DNA from: a virus
Length of the DNA stretch: 64,000 bases
Direction: 5' to 3' (one strand)
Virus record (IMG/VR): IMGVR_UViG_3300037502_003155
Location: 12,926-76,925 of that record
The position numbers were made by a program, and so were the translations under genes. Below the pieces are notes generated by a model. That model was given only the letters and a program-made list of their open reading frames with translations, searched no databases and had not been told where the DNA came from. This document shows positions 45,437 through 55,475 of this stretch, in pieces (within the stretch, counting starts at the first letter, position 1; each line of letters opens with the position of its first letter).

Positions 45437-46639
45437 CTAAAACAGTTTGCTCAAGAACCCTTGCAAGTTCGGCTCATACTTTTTGATGGCCTCGTTCAGA
45501 TAGGTCTGCCGATCTCGGCTACCGTAGGGGGTTTCCGCATTGAACGGTGTGTCAAAACCCTTTTCAAAGATGGTTTTGGGGTCGGGTGGGTCGGTTAGGA
45601 TTTCGATGCCCTTGCGTTTGGCCCCGTCTTCAGACATAGAGAAGATGGCACAGCGACACCCCCAGCCAGCCGGAACTCTGCCCGCCCTCCAGAATGGGTC
45701 ATCGGCATAGATCGCTTTGTTGTGCAGCGCTTTGTGGTGGTCACGGGGCTGGGGCGAATCACGCCACCGCCAGACCCACAGCGGGCGACGCACCAACACC
45801 GATGGTTCCCGCATCTGCTGATACCGTCCGGCCCCCATGGCCCCCCTGAAGTTGGTATCAAAGATTGTCCAGATGTGGCGGGGGTTGGCAGGTTTCCAGC
45901 CCTTGCGGCCAATCAACCTAGACCACGACTTTTCAAAGTCAGCAAAGCTCATCCCCTCGGTAACGGCCTGTTCCACCAACCACTTCGCAGCCTTAATCAG
46001 GTCAGCCTGGGCCATCCTTGCCACCACAAAGGCCCAATCGTGAAAGTCTGCGGTAAGTTGCTGGTAGGTCTCCGCTGGTAGCGCTACCTTAGCCCTGAAA
46101 TAATCCACGGCCTCCTTGAACGGCAACTTAAGCCATGCGGGCTTAGCCCTGCCATCAAAGCGCACCCCGTCGCCATCGTCGCCCTCATCTAGCACCTGTT
46201 CCCGCCCTGCCAAGTTAGCCAGCACCATGCCCTGGTAAACCTCCCGCTCTAGGCCACGGTAGGGCAGTCGAGTAAACAATTCCCCCGGTTGCATGGAGAT
46301 GCGTTGTAGGGCCGCTTTCATGTCCCCTTGCGCCAGAATCCAGGCTAGAGTACGTTTCTGCCATTGCTCCATGATGGGCTTCACATGAGCCAAGCTACGT
46401 TCCCTCAGCCATCGGCCAAGGGCATCGGGGTCATCCCCGGCATCGTGGCGCAGGTCATCCCCTAGCCAGCCATCGCGGCGTAGCTTGGCCCCCGTCATCG
46501 ACTCCACCGCAAACAGGGCCAAGGCTCGGCCCTCGGCTACCAGTGCCGATTCATCGAGGGAGTCTAGGCGGGTGGGGGTGATTCTGGGGTCAGCAATGCC
46601 GATGAGAGCGGCGTAAAATTCAGCTTCGGTTAGGTTCAT
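45437..46639 (-). CDS. MuF/SPP1 gp7-like minor head protein
   Basis: LPFKEAVDYFRAK, AFVVA, TIFDTN...GRYQQM and H...DDPFW...PAGWGCRC. Confidence 0.9.
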   Translation of the reverse strand: MNLTEAEFYAALIGIADPRITPTRLDSLDESALVAEGRALALFAVESMTGAKLRRDGWLGDDLRHDAGDDPDALGRWLRERSLAHVKPIMEQWQKRTLAWILAQGDMKAALQRISMQPGELFTRLPYRGLEREVYQGMVLANLAGREQVLDEGDDGDGVRFDGRAKPAWLKLPFKEAVDYFRAKVALPAETYQQLTADFHDWAFVVARMAQADLIKAAKWLVEQAVTEGMSFADFEKSWSRLIGRKGWKPANPRHIWTIFDTNFRGAMGAGRYQQMREPSVLVRRPLWVWRWRDSPQPRDHHKALHNKAIYADDPFWRAGRVPAGWGCRCAIFSMSEDGAKRKGIEILTDPPDPKTIFEKGFDTPFNAETPYGSRDRQTYLNEAIKKYEPNLQGFLSKLF

Positions 46640-47022
46640 GGGCGCGTCACCTTCATACTTAATCCATCCTGATACCCCTGCAAAAATGCGCTATCAGGCC
46701 GATACCGTTCCTTTTGGCGGTTGGCCCTAGCCAATATCCCTTGCACATCCTTGTAGTTTTTAGGCACCTTCTCACCCCATCTGCGAAACTGCATGGCGGC
46801 GGGTGTGGGCATTCCCTTGTCATCCACCAACGGATCTTTACGGCTGAGGATCTGCGCGGCCTTTCGACTGTTGAACTTAGCCCGATCCCACTTATCGCCA
46901 TCACTGGCCCCTGTGGCCTTCCGCACGGGCTTACGCACCGCACCGCTGCCCTCGTTATACTGGGCCATCTTGCGATTGGTGCGACGGTCGTAGGCGGCGT
47001 AATGTTCGGCTAGGGTGGTCAT
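46636..47022 (-). CDS. small basic protein with a C-terminal RPDSAFLQGY motif
   Basis: Coupled between the portal and MuF genes. Confidence 0.65.
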   Translation of the reverse strand: MTTLAEHYAAYDRRTNRKMAQYNEGSGAVRKPVRKATGASDGDKWDRAKFNSRKAAQILSRKDPLVDDKGMPTPAAMQFRRWGEKVPKNYKDVQGILARANRQKERYRPDSAFLQGYQDGLSMKVTRP

Positions 47023-48683
47023 TGTGTTAGCTCCTGATACCGTCTATCCCGCCACGCCACTGCATAGCGGCTAGGCCAAATCACAAACCTCTGCTGGGCT
47101 TCCTGGGTAGCGATGGCGAGGGCATCCAACCGCACCGAGTCACCCCTTGCTCCCTCCAATACCTCAAGGCTCATATCCTCTTCTTCGGGGGGCAGTGCCT
47201 CATCAACAAACTCCCCATCATCCACGGGGGCATCCTCAAAGCCCTCTTCGGGAATCCCCTCATCCATCGGCATCTCCCCTTCCATGCCCCCGGCCTGTTG
47301 TTGAGCCGCCTGGAATGCCTCATCATCCAGCGTCGTTTCAAAGCTGAACGATGCCCCTCCAAAGCGCGATTTCCGTACCTCTTCGGGCACCAATACCCCC
47401 GCCTGAAGGTAAACGCTATCGGTCTGGGCTTGGCTGCTACGATTGGCAATCTTTTCAGCTTCGGTCTGCTCTAGCAGTGGGTTGAATGCAATACTCCATC
47501 CCTCCAGTGGCTTGCCCCCGGTGGGGCCGTCCTTGGCTAAGAACATCAACTGATAGATTCGGTTCAGCGCTGCCAAGGGCCACCCCTCTTGGTAGGCTCC
47601 CACCTTCTTAGCCCAAGTCTTTTCCTCACTTTCCCCAGTTGCCCCAAGGCCGCTAGGCGACTCGCCAAAGAGGATGGTGTGGGGAATCCCCAGGGCACCG
47701 ATCAGCATATCCCGGTAGCTGCTAATCAGGTCGTTCAGCCCTGAGAACTGGCGAGACACAAAGTTAACCGATTCCTCATCCTTATCCAGCACCACCCCGC
47801 CCATCATCGAGGCCATCATTTGGAGTGAGGTAATGCGCTGACGAATCGCGGCTTCATTGCCTTCGGTCATCATGTCGCCAAAGCCCGCCACCTGGTAGAC
47901 GAACAGGCTATAGTCTTTCACCAGATGCTCAACCCCCCTGGTCATCGACTCCCAAGCCGAGAACTGATCCCAGACCACCTCTAGCAATGACCGATCCCAT
48001 CCGTTGTTGTAGCGCATCACTTGCGGGGGCACGGGTATCCCCGGCACACGAATCACGCGACTGCGGTGGATAGGATAGCTTTGGCTATACCCTTGCCCAG
48101 AGAATCGCCCTTGAAACATACTGACCAAGCCAGGATGCCAATCAGGGGTAATTTGCAGATGGTAATGAGTGGTCTTCAGTGGGTTAGCAATGGCGGTTTG
48201 ACCGGGGTAAAGCTGAAAGCTGTCGAGGACTTCAATCTCGCGGATCGTCTTGATGTTGGCTGTATCGATGGGTTCATGGGGCGGTCTGCCATCGTCCACG
48301 TTCAGCACAATCGCGGCACCTCGATACACATTGGCTAGATACCCTGCCCATCGAATAATTTCTCGGTCACTCGATAGAGGTTGGTCTCTCAGGTCAGAAT
48401 CCTTTGTGCGCGTACCCACCACGTTACGGTACACCTCAAAGGCCGTCTTTACCTTGTCGCTCACCCCTTCCGGCCATGAGATTTCCCAGCCCTTAGCCGT
48501 GGCGGCATCAGGGTAAGCGGTACACGCCACATTTAGGGGCCACACCTGACACAGTTGGTCTAACTGCCCCTGCCCTAGGCGATGAACAGCTCCGACCTGG
48601 GTATACAGGGTGCTATCTGAGGCTGTCCCTAGCCCCGTCAGGGCATTGATGAGAACCCCGTCATTGCGGATTACGTCAGACAT
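47019..48683 (-). CDS. portal protein (DUF1073 family)
   Basis: RNDG..NALTGLG, IHRSRVI, IPHTILFGESPSGLGATGE and FNPL; late box upstream. Confidence 0.85.
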   Translation of the reverse strand: MSDVIRNDGVLINALTGLGTASDSTLYTQVGAVHRLGQGQLDQLCQVWPLNVACTAYPDAATAKGWEISWPEGVSDKVKTAFEVYRNVVGTRTKDSDLRDQPLSSDREIIRWAGYLANVYRGAAIVLNVDDGRPPHEPIDTANIKTIREIEVLDSFQLYPGQTAIANPLKTTHYHLQITPDWHPGLVSMFQGRFSGQGYSQSYPIHRSRVIRVPGIPVPPQVMRYNNGWDRSLLEVVWDQFSAWESMTRGVEHLVKDYSLFVYQVAGFGDMMTEGNEAAIRQRITSLQMMASMMGGVVLDKDEESVNFVSRQFSGLNDLISSYRDMLIGALGIPHTILFGESPSGLGATGESEEKTWAKKVGAYQEGWPLAALNRIYQLMFLAKDGPTGGKPLEGWSIAFNPLLEQTEAEKIANRSSQAQTDSVYLQAGVLVPEEVRKSRFGGASFSFETTLDDEAFQAAQQQAGGMEGEMPMDEGIPEEGFEDAPVDDGEFVDEALPPEEEDMSLEVLEGARGDSVRLDALAIATQEAQQRFVIWPSRYAVAWRDRRYQELTQ

Positions 48684-48754
48684 AGCCCCTGCCAAACAGA
48701 ACCCCTCTACCGTGCAGGATAAAGGGGTCTGCGGGGGCTAGTTTGCGAAATGCG

Positions 48755-49144
48755 CTAATCATTGAACTCAGGGCAAAGGTACTCAGGGGCATAGGTGGCT
48801 ACCGCTGCCATCACCGTTACGGGTTCATCGTCAAGGTATCCATAGTTGCCAATGGTAATATCAACCTGCTCAGAGGCGATCTCGTCGCGGGTCATGCCTC
48901 CCCGCAATTGTTCGCAGTAGCGTTTCCCCAAGGCTACAACTTGCCAGGTTGTCCCGTCCCATCCTTGGTCTTCAATGGCGGATAGGGTTTGTCGTTCATA
49001 TTGTGCCGTTGCGGTGGCTACGGTCGCTTGCTGTCGCACTACCCCGCACATCTCTGCCAGGTTCACTACCGCCCCCGTGGGAGTCTCCATGTAGCAATAG
49101 TGGTCTCCGGTCGCAATCTGGGCAATCAACAATAGTTCAATCAT
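48755..49144 (-). CDS. exported protein (DUF732-like C-terminus)
   Basis: CYM.T..G..VNL..MCG; LGKRYCEQL...AA.....YLCP. Confidence 0.6.
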   Translation of the reverse strand: MIELLLIAQIATGDHYCYMETPTGAVVNLAEMCGVVRQQATVATATAQYERQTLSAIEDQGWDGTTWQVVALGKRYCEQLRGGMTRDEIASEQVDITIGNYGYLDDEPVTVMAAVATYAPEYLCPEFND

Positions 49145-49248
49145 GGTGATGGTCTCCTACGTTGCCCCTAGTGTTCCCCGTTAGTGAATCCCGCAAACAT
49201 CTGACTAGGTCGGCATATTCCCCCTAGCCTAGACCTAGTTTTGACGGT

Positions 49249-52200
49249 ATGGCTATGGCACGGGGCAATGGTGACAATTTAGCGGTCAAGATGGTGCTTC
49301 AGGCCCAGGACTTGGCCTCCAAGGTATTCGCCAAGGCTCAAGCCCAAATGCAGTCCTTTGGCGACACATCTGAAGCCGTCTCGCAGCAGATCGCAGAACA
49401 ATTTGAAGCCCTCACCAAAGAAGCCGAAAAGTTTGCTGAGCAAATCAAGGGGCTAGAGGGTAAGCGGATTCGCCTAGAACTGAATCAGCAGGACATTCAG
49501 GGCAAAATCGCCCAGGTGGATGCTGACCTCAAAAGCCTGAGCGACCAAAAAATTAAGCTTGAGGCCGAGGGTGGCAGTGCTGAAGAAATTGCCAAGCTTC
49601 AGCGCAAGATTGAGGCTCTAAGCCGTACCAAGATCCGCCTAGGGTTGGATGCCGGGGACGTTGAGGCTCAGATTAAGGGCATTGATGACCAGATTGAGGG
49701 GCTGAATGGGAGTATTGCCGGGGTCAAAAAGCGACTCGGCACCGTTGGGGATGACATCAAATCGGCCAATAAGCCCGCCCGTGGTTTTGGGGAAACGATC
49801 AAGGGATTCTCAGGCGCTTTTGACAAGGCGGCTGGCCTTAGCTCCAAAATCTTTTTCATCGGGGAAGCCTTTCAACAAATCTCAGGACTCGTTAATGTCG
49901 CGAGGGCATCCGTTGCAGGCTTTTACGACTCCTTCATTAATAGCAACGTTCAGCTACAGGAGCAATTGCTAGGCACTCAAGCCACCCTCGCCGCCACCCA
50001 AGACGTATTTAGGAATGGGGTTCGTATTGAAGACCCCACAGAGGCCATTCAGGCGCTAGAAGCCCCCCTACGCCAGTCCTTGGCTAACATTCGACGCGAT
50101 TCATTAGAACTAGTTGGCGTCACTTCGGCTGAACTGGTGCCATTATTCCAGGTTATTGCCCAGGGGACGGGACAGATCAACGGCACCCTTCAAGATGCAG
50201 AACGGCTAACCATCGACTTTGCCGCCGCATTGGGGACACTCGCTATCCCCGCAGAACAGGCGCGATTTGAGATTAATTCAATCTTTCAAGGCCAGATTAC
50301 TCAAGACTCTGACCTTGCCCAGAGGCTAGGGATTACCAACGAAACAGTAGCCATCTGGAAGGCTCAAGGGAATGCCGCTGAGGAACTATCAAAACGATTG
50401 GCCGCATTCCGACAAGGTAATGCCCTCGCGGCTCAATCCATCGGTGGTGTTACGTCAAACATCCAAGAAATCTTTCAGGAAGTTACTCGTGTTGCGGGGG
50501 AACCCTTACTAACGCCCATCATCCAACAACTAGACCGCTTTTACCAAGCCCTCGCCCTCGCTCGACCCACCATTGAAGCCACACTAGGTCAGGCTATCAA
50601 CTTCCTGATTGAGGTTTTTAAACGTGGTGTTGCCGTTGTTGATGCGTTATTGCCATCCTTGGGTCGGCTAGGAAGTGCCTTGTTTGACGCAGTAGGTAGC
50701 AGCGCCCAGGCCGTAGGTGAACTATTTCTCCAGTTGGTGGACGCCGCCGTTACTCTTGCCCCTGCCCTAGGGGTCATCATTGACTTGGTTGCAGGGTTGG
50801 CTCAACGTTTTGCCGATTTTGCCGAAACGGGGGTAGGAAAAGCAGTCATTAAGATTGTTGCCTTTGGGGCTGTCATTGGCACCATTGCGGCGGGCATTGC
50901 GGGGCTTGTTGCTCTGTTTGGCGTGGTTGGCCCAGCGATTGCCGGAGTTGCCGGAAGCATGGCTTCTGCCGCCGCCATTGGTGGGGGGCTTGCCGCTGCC
51001 TTTGTGGTACTTCAAAAGCCTCTCACAGCAGTAGGCAAAGCCGTTGGTGGGTTCCTCGTCAATTCGTTTGAGAAGCTTAAGAACCTGTTTGAACGAGTAA
51101 AGCCTGTCATCGTTGACATTGCCCAGCGCATGATTGAGTTTGGGAAAAGCCTTGCACCCATTGGGGAGGTTATCAAGCAAGGGGTTTTGCTAGGGTTCGA
51201 TTTACTCAGGGTTGCCATCAATGTTGTTACGTCTAACTTTGGGACATTTTTTAGTATTGCTAGGTCTGGGTTTGAGGTGCTTTCCGGCCTTATGCAAACC
51301 TTTGGCGAAACCATTCTATTGCCGCTGACAACTTCACTCAACGTTTTTGGTGTAACAGGGAAAGACGCCTTTAATGCGATCCAGACGGTAGGGAAAGCAG
51401 CCTTTGATGGATTCGTTGCTATTGTCGAAAAGTTTGCCACAACCCTATCTAATGCCCGTCAATTTTTGAGGGATATTGGACTGCTTCAGGAAGACATCAA
51501 GCCAGGGTTTAGCGACCTAGGTGAGGCCGTTGGGGGCGCTGCCGAAGCCGTAGGGGGGATGGGTGAAGCGTTAGGGGCCACCAGTGACGCCGCCAATGGT
51601 GCAGCGGGGGAAGTAACCTTGGCCGTCAAAGCCGTTGATAACCTCAAGCAATCGGTCACTGCTGCATCCCGCGAGATTGGCAACGAAAAAATCAGGATTG
51701 ATGCCGATCAATCTAGCCAACTAGCCGAGCTTCAGTCTCAGCTTGACCAGGGATTGATTACGGAAAGGGAGTTTCAAAACCGTCGCACCGAAATCACCAA
51801 TGCCGGAATTGACCAGCAGTTGGAGGTTATTGGTTCTCGTGCTGCCGATCTACGTGCTGAGTATGAAGCCCTCACCGAAGAGGAAAAGCGTGGTGCAGGC
51901 GATCAACTCCTTGAAATTCAAAAGCTAGAAACCGAGGCCAATAACCTAAGGCAGCAATCCGGGGAACAACGCCTAGAGCAACAGCGCACCTTGCGAGAAC
52001 AGGAGCGTCAAGACCTAGAGAATGCCCAGAAAAAAGCCGACGACGCTATTGCCGCCAGCGTTACCCAAAGAGAGATTGAACTACAGAAGCTTCGCAACCA
52101 AGGGCTAATCAGTGAGCGTGAACAGCAGGAAGCCCTAACCCAAATCAACGCCGACCGCATCGACCAGACCCTTGCCCAAGAGCAGGGGCGATTAGCTGGG

Positions 52201-53391
52201 TTGAAGAAAGTTCGCGCAGGCATCAAAGACGCCACCAGTCAGGAGGCTATTCAGGCCGAAGAGGCTATTCGCGCCAGTGAGCAGCGCATCCTCGATCTCA
52301 CCAAAGAACGGCTCACCACAGAACAGGAACTTCAACAACAAGCCCAAGAAGCCATTCTACGCGCCATCGACCGTCGCGCCAAAGCTGCCGAGAATGCCGC
52401 CACCCGTGAAACCCAAGACCTTGAAAGCGTCCTACGCCTCTATGACAGTCTCAATGCGTCCCTAGAGCAACAAAGCAAACTCGTCCAGGCCCAAGCCGAC
52501 CTACGCCGCGCCGAAAATGACCTCGCCGCCAGCAACTTTGACATTGCCGCCAGTCTCACCAAAAATGAACGGGAACGGCAACGCATCCAAGCCCAAGGGG
52601 CCATTGCTCAGTTAGAGGCATTGCAGGAACAACAAGCCTTTGAAGACCAATCCCTCGCCATTCAGCAGGAACTAGAACGGCTTGCCCTACGTCGCCGTGA
52701 AACTGAGGCCGAGATTGCCGAGATTCAAGCCAAAGCCGCCCTCGCCCAAGCTGAAGCAGAACAAGCCCGTGTGCAAGCCGCCTTTGAACGTGGGGAGGCC
52801 AATGAGCAAGAATTAGAAGCCGCCAACCTAGGCGTCCGCGCTGCTCAATTTGGGGTAGAGGCTGCCCAGCAACAAAAGGCAATCACCGCTGAAGAAGCCG
52901 CCCTACTGCCTCAAGTACAAGCCATCGCCCAGCGACAGCAAGACGTAAACCAGCAGGGGCAACTCAACCAAGCCCGTGCTACGGTCATCCAAGCCCTGCC
53001 CGAAAATAGCCGCATTCGTCGGGATGCCGCTAATGCCCAAATCGACCAGCTTCTCACCCCAGGGCAACGTCAACTAGCCCGTAGCACCCGTGGCACCAAT
53101 GACGCGCTCCTAGCCTCCCTAGACGCAGCCCCAACCAGCACCTTAGGCGCTAACCCTGTCCTCGCCCCCGCACCCGACCTAGCGCCATTGCAAGGCGTCC
53201 AGGAAGCCGGAAACCAATACCTCGAAACTATCGCCGCCAATACCGCACGACGAGACACCCCCGGCATTACCGTCAACGTGTCGGTCAATGGTGGGGCCAC
53301 CAACGACCAAACCGGGACTGCCGTCGCCGCTACGGTGCGTGCTGAATTGGAACGACTGTTGGATCGAGCGGGGGCATTACAGACGGCTTAA
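49249..53391 (+). CDS. tail tape measure protein
   Basis: 1380 aa, A/Q/E-rich helical, with a central hydrophobic region; late box upstream. Confidence 0.85.
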   Translation: MAMARGNGDNLAVKMVLQAQDLASKVFAKAQAQMQSFGDTSEAVSQQIAEQFEALTKEAEKFAEQIKGLEGKRIRLELNQQDIQGKIAQVDADLKSLSDQKIKLEAEGGSAEEIAKLQRKIEALSRTKIRLGLDAGDVEAQIKGIDDQIEGLNGSIAGVKKRLGTVGDDIKSANKPARGFGETIKGFSGAFDKAAGLSSKIFFIGEAFQQISGLVNVARASVAGFYDSFINSNVQLQEQLLGTQATLAATQDVFRNGVRIEDPTEAIQALEAPLRQSLANIRRDSLELVGVTSAELVPLFQVIAQGTGQINGTLQDAERLTIDFAAALGTLAIPAEQARFEINSIFQGQITQDSDLAQRLGITNETVAIWKAQGNAAEELSKRLAAFRQGNALAAQSIGGVTSNIQEIFQEVTRVAGEPLLTPIIQQLDRFYQALALARPTIEATLGQAINFLIEVFKRGVAVVDALLPSLGRLGSALFDAVGSSAQAVGELFLQLVDAAVTLAPALGVIIDLVAGLAQRFADFAETGVGKAVIKIVAFGAVIGTIAAGIAGLVALFGVVGPAIAGVAGSMASAAAIGGGLAAAFVVLQKPLTAVGKAVGGFLVNSFEKLKNLFERVKPVIVDIAQRMIEFGKSLAPIGEVIKQGVLLGFDLLRVAINVVTSNFGTFFSIARSGFEVLSGLMQTFGETILLPLTTSLNVFGVTGKDAFNAIQTVGKAAFDGFVAIVEKFATTLSNARQFLRDIGLLQEDIKPGFSDLGEAVGGAAEAVGGMGEALGATSDAANGAAGEVTLAVKAVDNLKQSVTAASREIGNEKIRIDADQSSQLAELQSQLDQGLITEREFQNRRTEITNAGIDQQLEVIGSRAADLRAEYEALTEEEKRGAGDQLLEIQKLETEANNLRQQSGEQRLEQQRTLREQERQDLENAQKKADDAIAASVTQREIELQKLRNQGLISEREQQEALTQINADRIDQTLAQEQGRLAGLKKVRAGIKDATSQEAIQAEEAIRASEQRILDLTKERLTTEQELQQQAQEAILRAIDRRAKAAENAATRETQDLESVLRLYDSLNASLEQQSKLVQAQADLRRAENDLAASNFDIAASLTKNERERQRIQAQGAIAQLEALQEQQAFEDQSLAIQQELERLALRRRETEAEIAEIQAKAALAQAEAEQARVQAAFERGEANEQELEAANLGVRAAQFGVEAAQQQKAITAEEAALLPQVQAIAQRQQDVNQQGQLNQARATVIQALPENSRIRRDAANAQIDQLLTPGQRQLARSTRGTNDALLASLDAAPTSTLGANPVLAPAPDLAPLQGVQEAGNQYLETIAANTARRDTPGITVNVSVNGGATNDQTGTAVAATVRAELERLLDRAGALQTA

Positions 53392-54872
53392 ATCCGCTTC
53401 AACCACTGCCCTCGTTTCCGTGCCCTGCCTTTGGGGTCTAGCTCGTGGAAGAACACCCACGCCGCTGCCATGGCCATCACCCGGTCATCCTTGCCCGATA
53501 GCGCAGCCCGTTCCATTAGGCCAAAGTGCATCATCTCGTTTAGCCCCTGCCAGTCGGCGGGGTAGGTCACTTCCCTTGACTCAATGGCGAGGGCAATGCG
53601 GTCGGTGTTCACCTTTTTGCTAGCTGAGGTGGTGGTTACGCCCTCAATGCGTACCGAGGGGAATAGGCGGATCAGTTGCTCTAGGACGATACGGCCCCCG
53701 CTATTGCTCTCTACCGCTACAATTTCAGGGCCATAGTCCTCAATCAATCGGGCCACCGATTCTACGCTGGTTTCAATGGTGCGGTCAGCTTCAGCATATT
53801 CAGCCACCAAGGCCACAGGCGACTCTGTGCAGTCCCACACCTGGGCCACAAAGTTATCCTTACCACCAAAGTTGGGGTCGATGCCCATAAGGTAGCGCCT
53901 GCCTTTTTTCGGTGCCTGCCATAACCCATAGGCCATCGCCTTGGCCACTGTCATCTCAAACAGAACGCCCGTGGTAGCACTGTCAAAGGATAGGTTGAAC
54001 TCCCGTTGTAGCTGGGTTTCGGTGATGCGCTGGGCGTCCTTAATCTCCTGGAGGTAGTTGGGCCTAGCGCCATAGATCGGGTGTGCCCTCCAGTGGATGA
54101 TGGCCTTACCCCAGCCCTGCTCATCTACCCAGGCATGGAACGGGGGCAACTCCTGATCCTTCACCTTGCGGCATAGGTCTAGGGCATCAATATCCCCGTT
54201 GTTGCCCGTGAAAAAGTCGTAGTACATCCCCTCCTTTACCTCAGGAGGTGTGGATACCAGGATGGTTCTGGCATTGCCCTGGCTCTCAGGGATGCTCTGG
54301 GCAGGCGTTGCGGCCCCGTAGATGTCTTCGATGCCAGAGACGAAACCGGATTCATCGTAGAGAATATCCCACACCGACTCTAGGCCGCGCCCGCTGTTAG
54401 GGGATGCGGTTCTGAATACGATGCGGCCCCCGCCCGCTACCTGAATATCCTTGACGTTGTTGCTACTGAGGGGGATTCTGGCTGATGCCGCCATGAGGCG
54501 CACCCTTCGGGCAATATTGGCGGTGTCGTCTTGGCCTTTGGAGAATACCGCTGCGAAGTAGGTCGGGTATAGGCAAGCCTTGTGAAGGAATTTGTTGGCC
54601 ACAAACTCGGTCATGCCTGTTTGTCGGGTCTTGGTGACAACCACCCCACGGTTGGCATCAATCAGATCGGAGATGCTGACCTGGTAAGGGTAGGGGTTGA
54701 AGGGGATCATTTGGGTGCCCGACCGGATACTGGTCAGCGGGGCAAACGCTTCCCAGCGTTGGGGGATGTGCCTGAGGTGGGGTGGCACTTCGTTTCTTAC
54801 GGATTTGGGTAGAACATCCCAGTCGGCAAGGGCGGATAGAACGGCCTCGGCATTAGCTTGCTTTCGCTGCAT
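53388..54872 (-). CDS. terL: terminase large subunit
   Basis: PYPYQ; KTRQTGMT Walker A; ILYDE Walker B; VSTP; MGIDP and DDRVMA nuclease motifs. Confidence 0.92.
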   Translation of the reverse strand: MQRKQANAEAVLSALADWDVLPKSVRNEVPPHLRHIPQRWEAFAPLTSIRSGTQMIPFNPYPYQVSISDLIDANRGVVVTKTRQTGMTEFVANKFLHKACLYPTYFAAVFSKGQDDTANIARRVRLMAASARIPLSSNNVKDIQVAGGGRIVFRTASPNSGRGLESVWDILYDESGFVSGIEDIYGAATPAQSIPESQGNARTILVSTPPEVKEGMYYDFFTGNNGDIDALDLCRKVKDQELPPFHAWVDEQGWGKAIIHWRAHPIYGARPNYLQEIKDAQRITETQLQREFNLSFDSATTGVLFEMTVAKAMAYGLWQAPKKGRRYLMGIDPNFGGKDNFVAQVWDCTESPVALVAEYAEADRTIETSVESVARLIEDYGPEIVAVESNSGGRIVLEQLIRLFPSVRIEGVTTTSASKKVNTDRIALAIESREVTYPADWQGLNEMMHFGLMERAALSGKDDRVMAMAAAWVFFHELDPKGRARKRGQWLKRI

Positions 54873-55305
54873 AGCGAGACCTTAGCAGGGACACAAACCG
54901 TTCAGGGTCAAAATCGGGACGGGATAGCAGTTGGTCTACCAGTTCCTCCATGTTGGGGGGGTTCAACTGGGCATAGAACTGCATGTATTTGAGCTTTACC
55001 CCAGCTACCCCTTCAAAGCTTTTTACATCAGCCCCAGCCATGGCCCCCGTCATTGATTTGATGTCATCGATCAAGTGCTGAGTAAAATCAATCCCGTCAA
55101 TTGTCACCCGTGCCCCATGTACAACTGCCGCCCTCACCACTTCGGTGACAGGGGCATGAATTTCGGGATCAATCCCCTTACAAACCCGCTGGATCGTCCG
55201 TTCAGACACTTTGAAGCGCATCGCCAACGAAGCGACACTTTCCCCGACACTACGGGCCTTTCTTATTGCTTGCTGAGTGATTTCCGGCAACGGCTTTCTA
55301 GGCAT
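54853..55305 (-). CDS. HTH protein, probable terminase small subunit
   Basis: GESVASLAMRFKVSERTIQR HTH; directly upstream of terL. Confidence 0.65.
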   Translation of the reverse strand: MPRKPLPEITQQAIRKARSVGESVASLAMRFKVSERTIQRVCKGIDPEIHAPVTEVVRAAVVHGARVTIDGIDFTQHLIDDIKSMTGAMAGADVKSFEGVAGVKLKYMQFYAQLNPPNMEELVDQLLSRPDFDPERFVSLLRSRYAAKAS

Positions 55306-55475
55306 TACAGCGTTTTGTCGCCCACGACAAATAACGACAGATACCTCTATCCTACCCTAGGCTATGGGCAGAGCGTGGATGGTTGATCCTCTCTCCATTA
55401 GCTAATTTCGCAAACTCTAAACCGTGGGCAAAGGGCTAGGCAACAGTAGGGGCGTACCCTGATCAGGTCAGTTTT

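Larger units (their letters stand above)
23809..55414. promoter_or_regulatory. 11 dispersed late boxes TTAG[CT]N-N5-CGCAAA (span of first to last copy)
   Basis: 17-bp copies start at 23809, 28616, 32356, 33668, 37070, 37705, 41878, 45424, 48742, 49181 and 55398; each lies 26-27 bp before an nAnnnT -10 element. Confidence 0.85.

Noticed and set aside
47019-48683. Anti-CBASS Acb1 call for the DUF1073 protein
   Set aside because: Size, motifs and position fit a portal protein, and no separate 2H phosphodiesterase domain was recognised.
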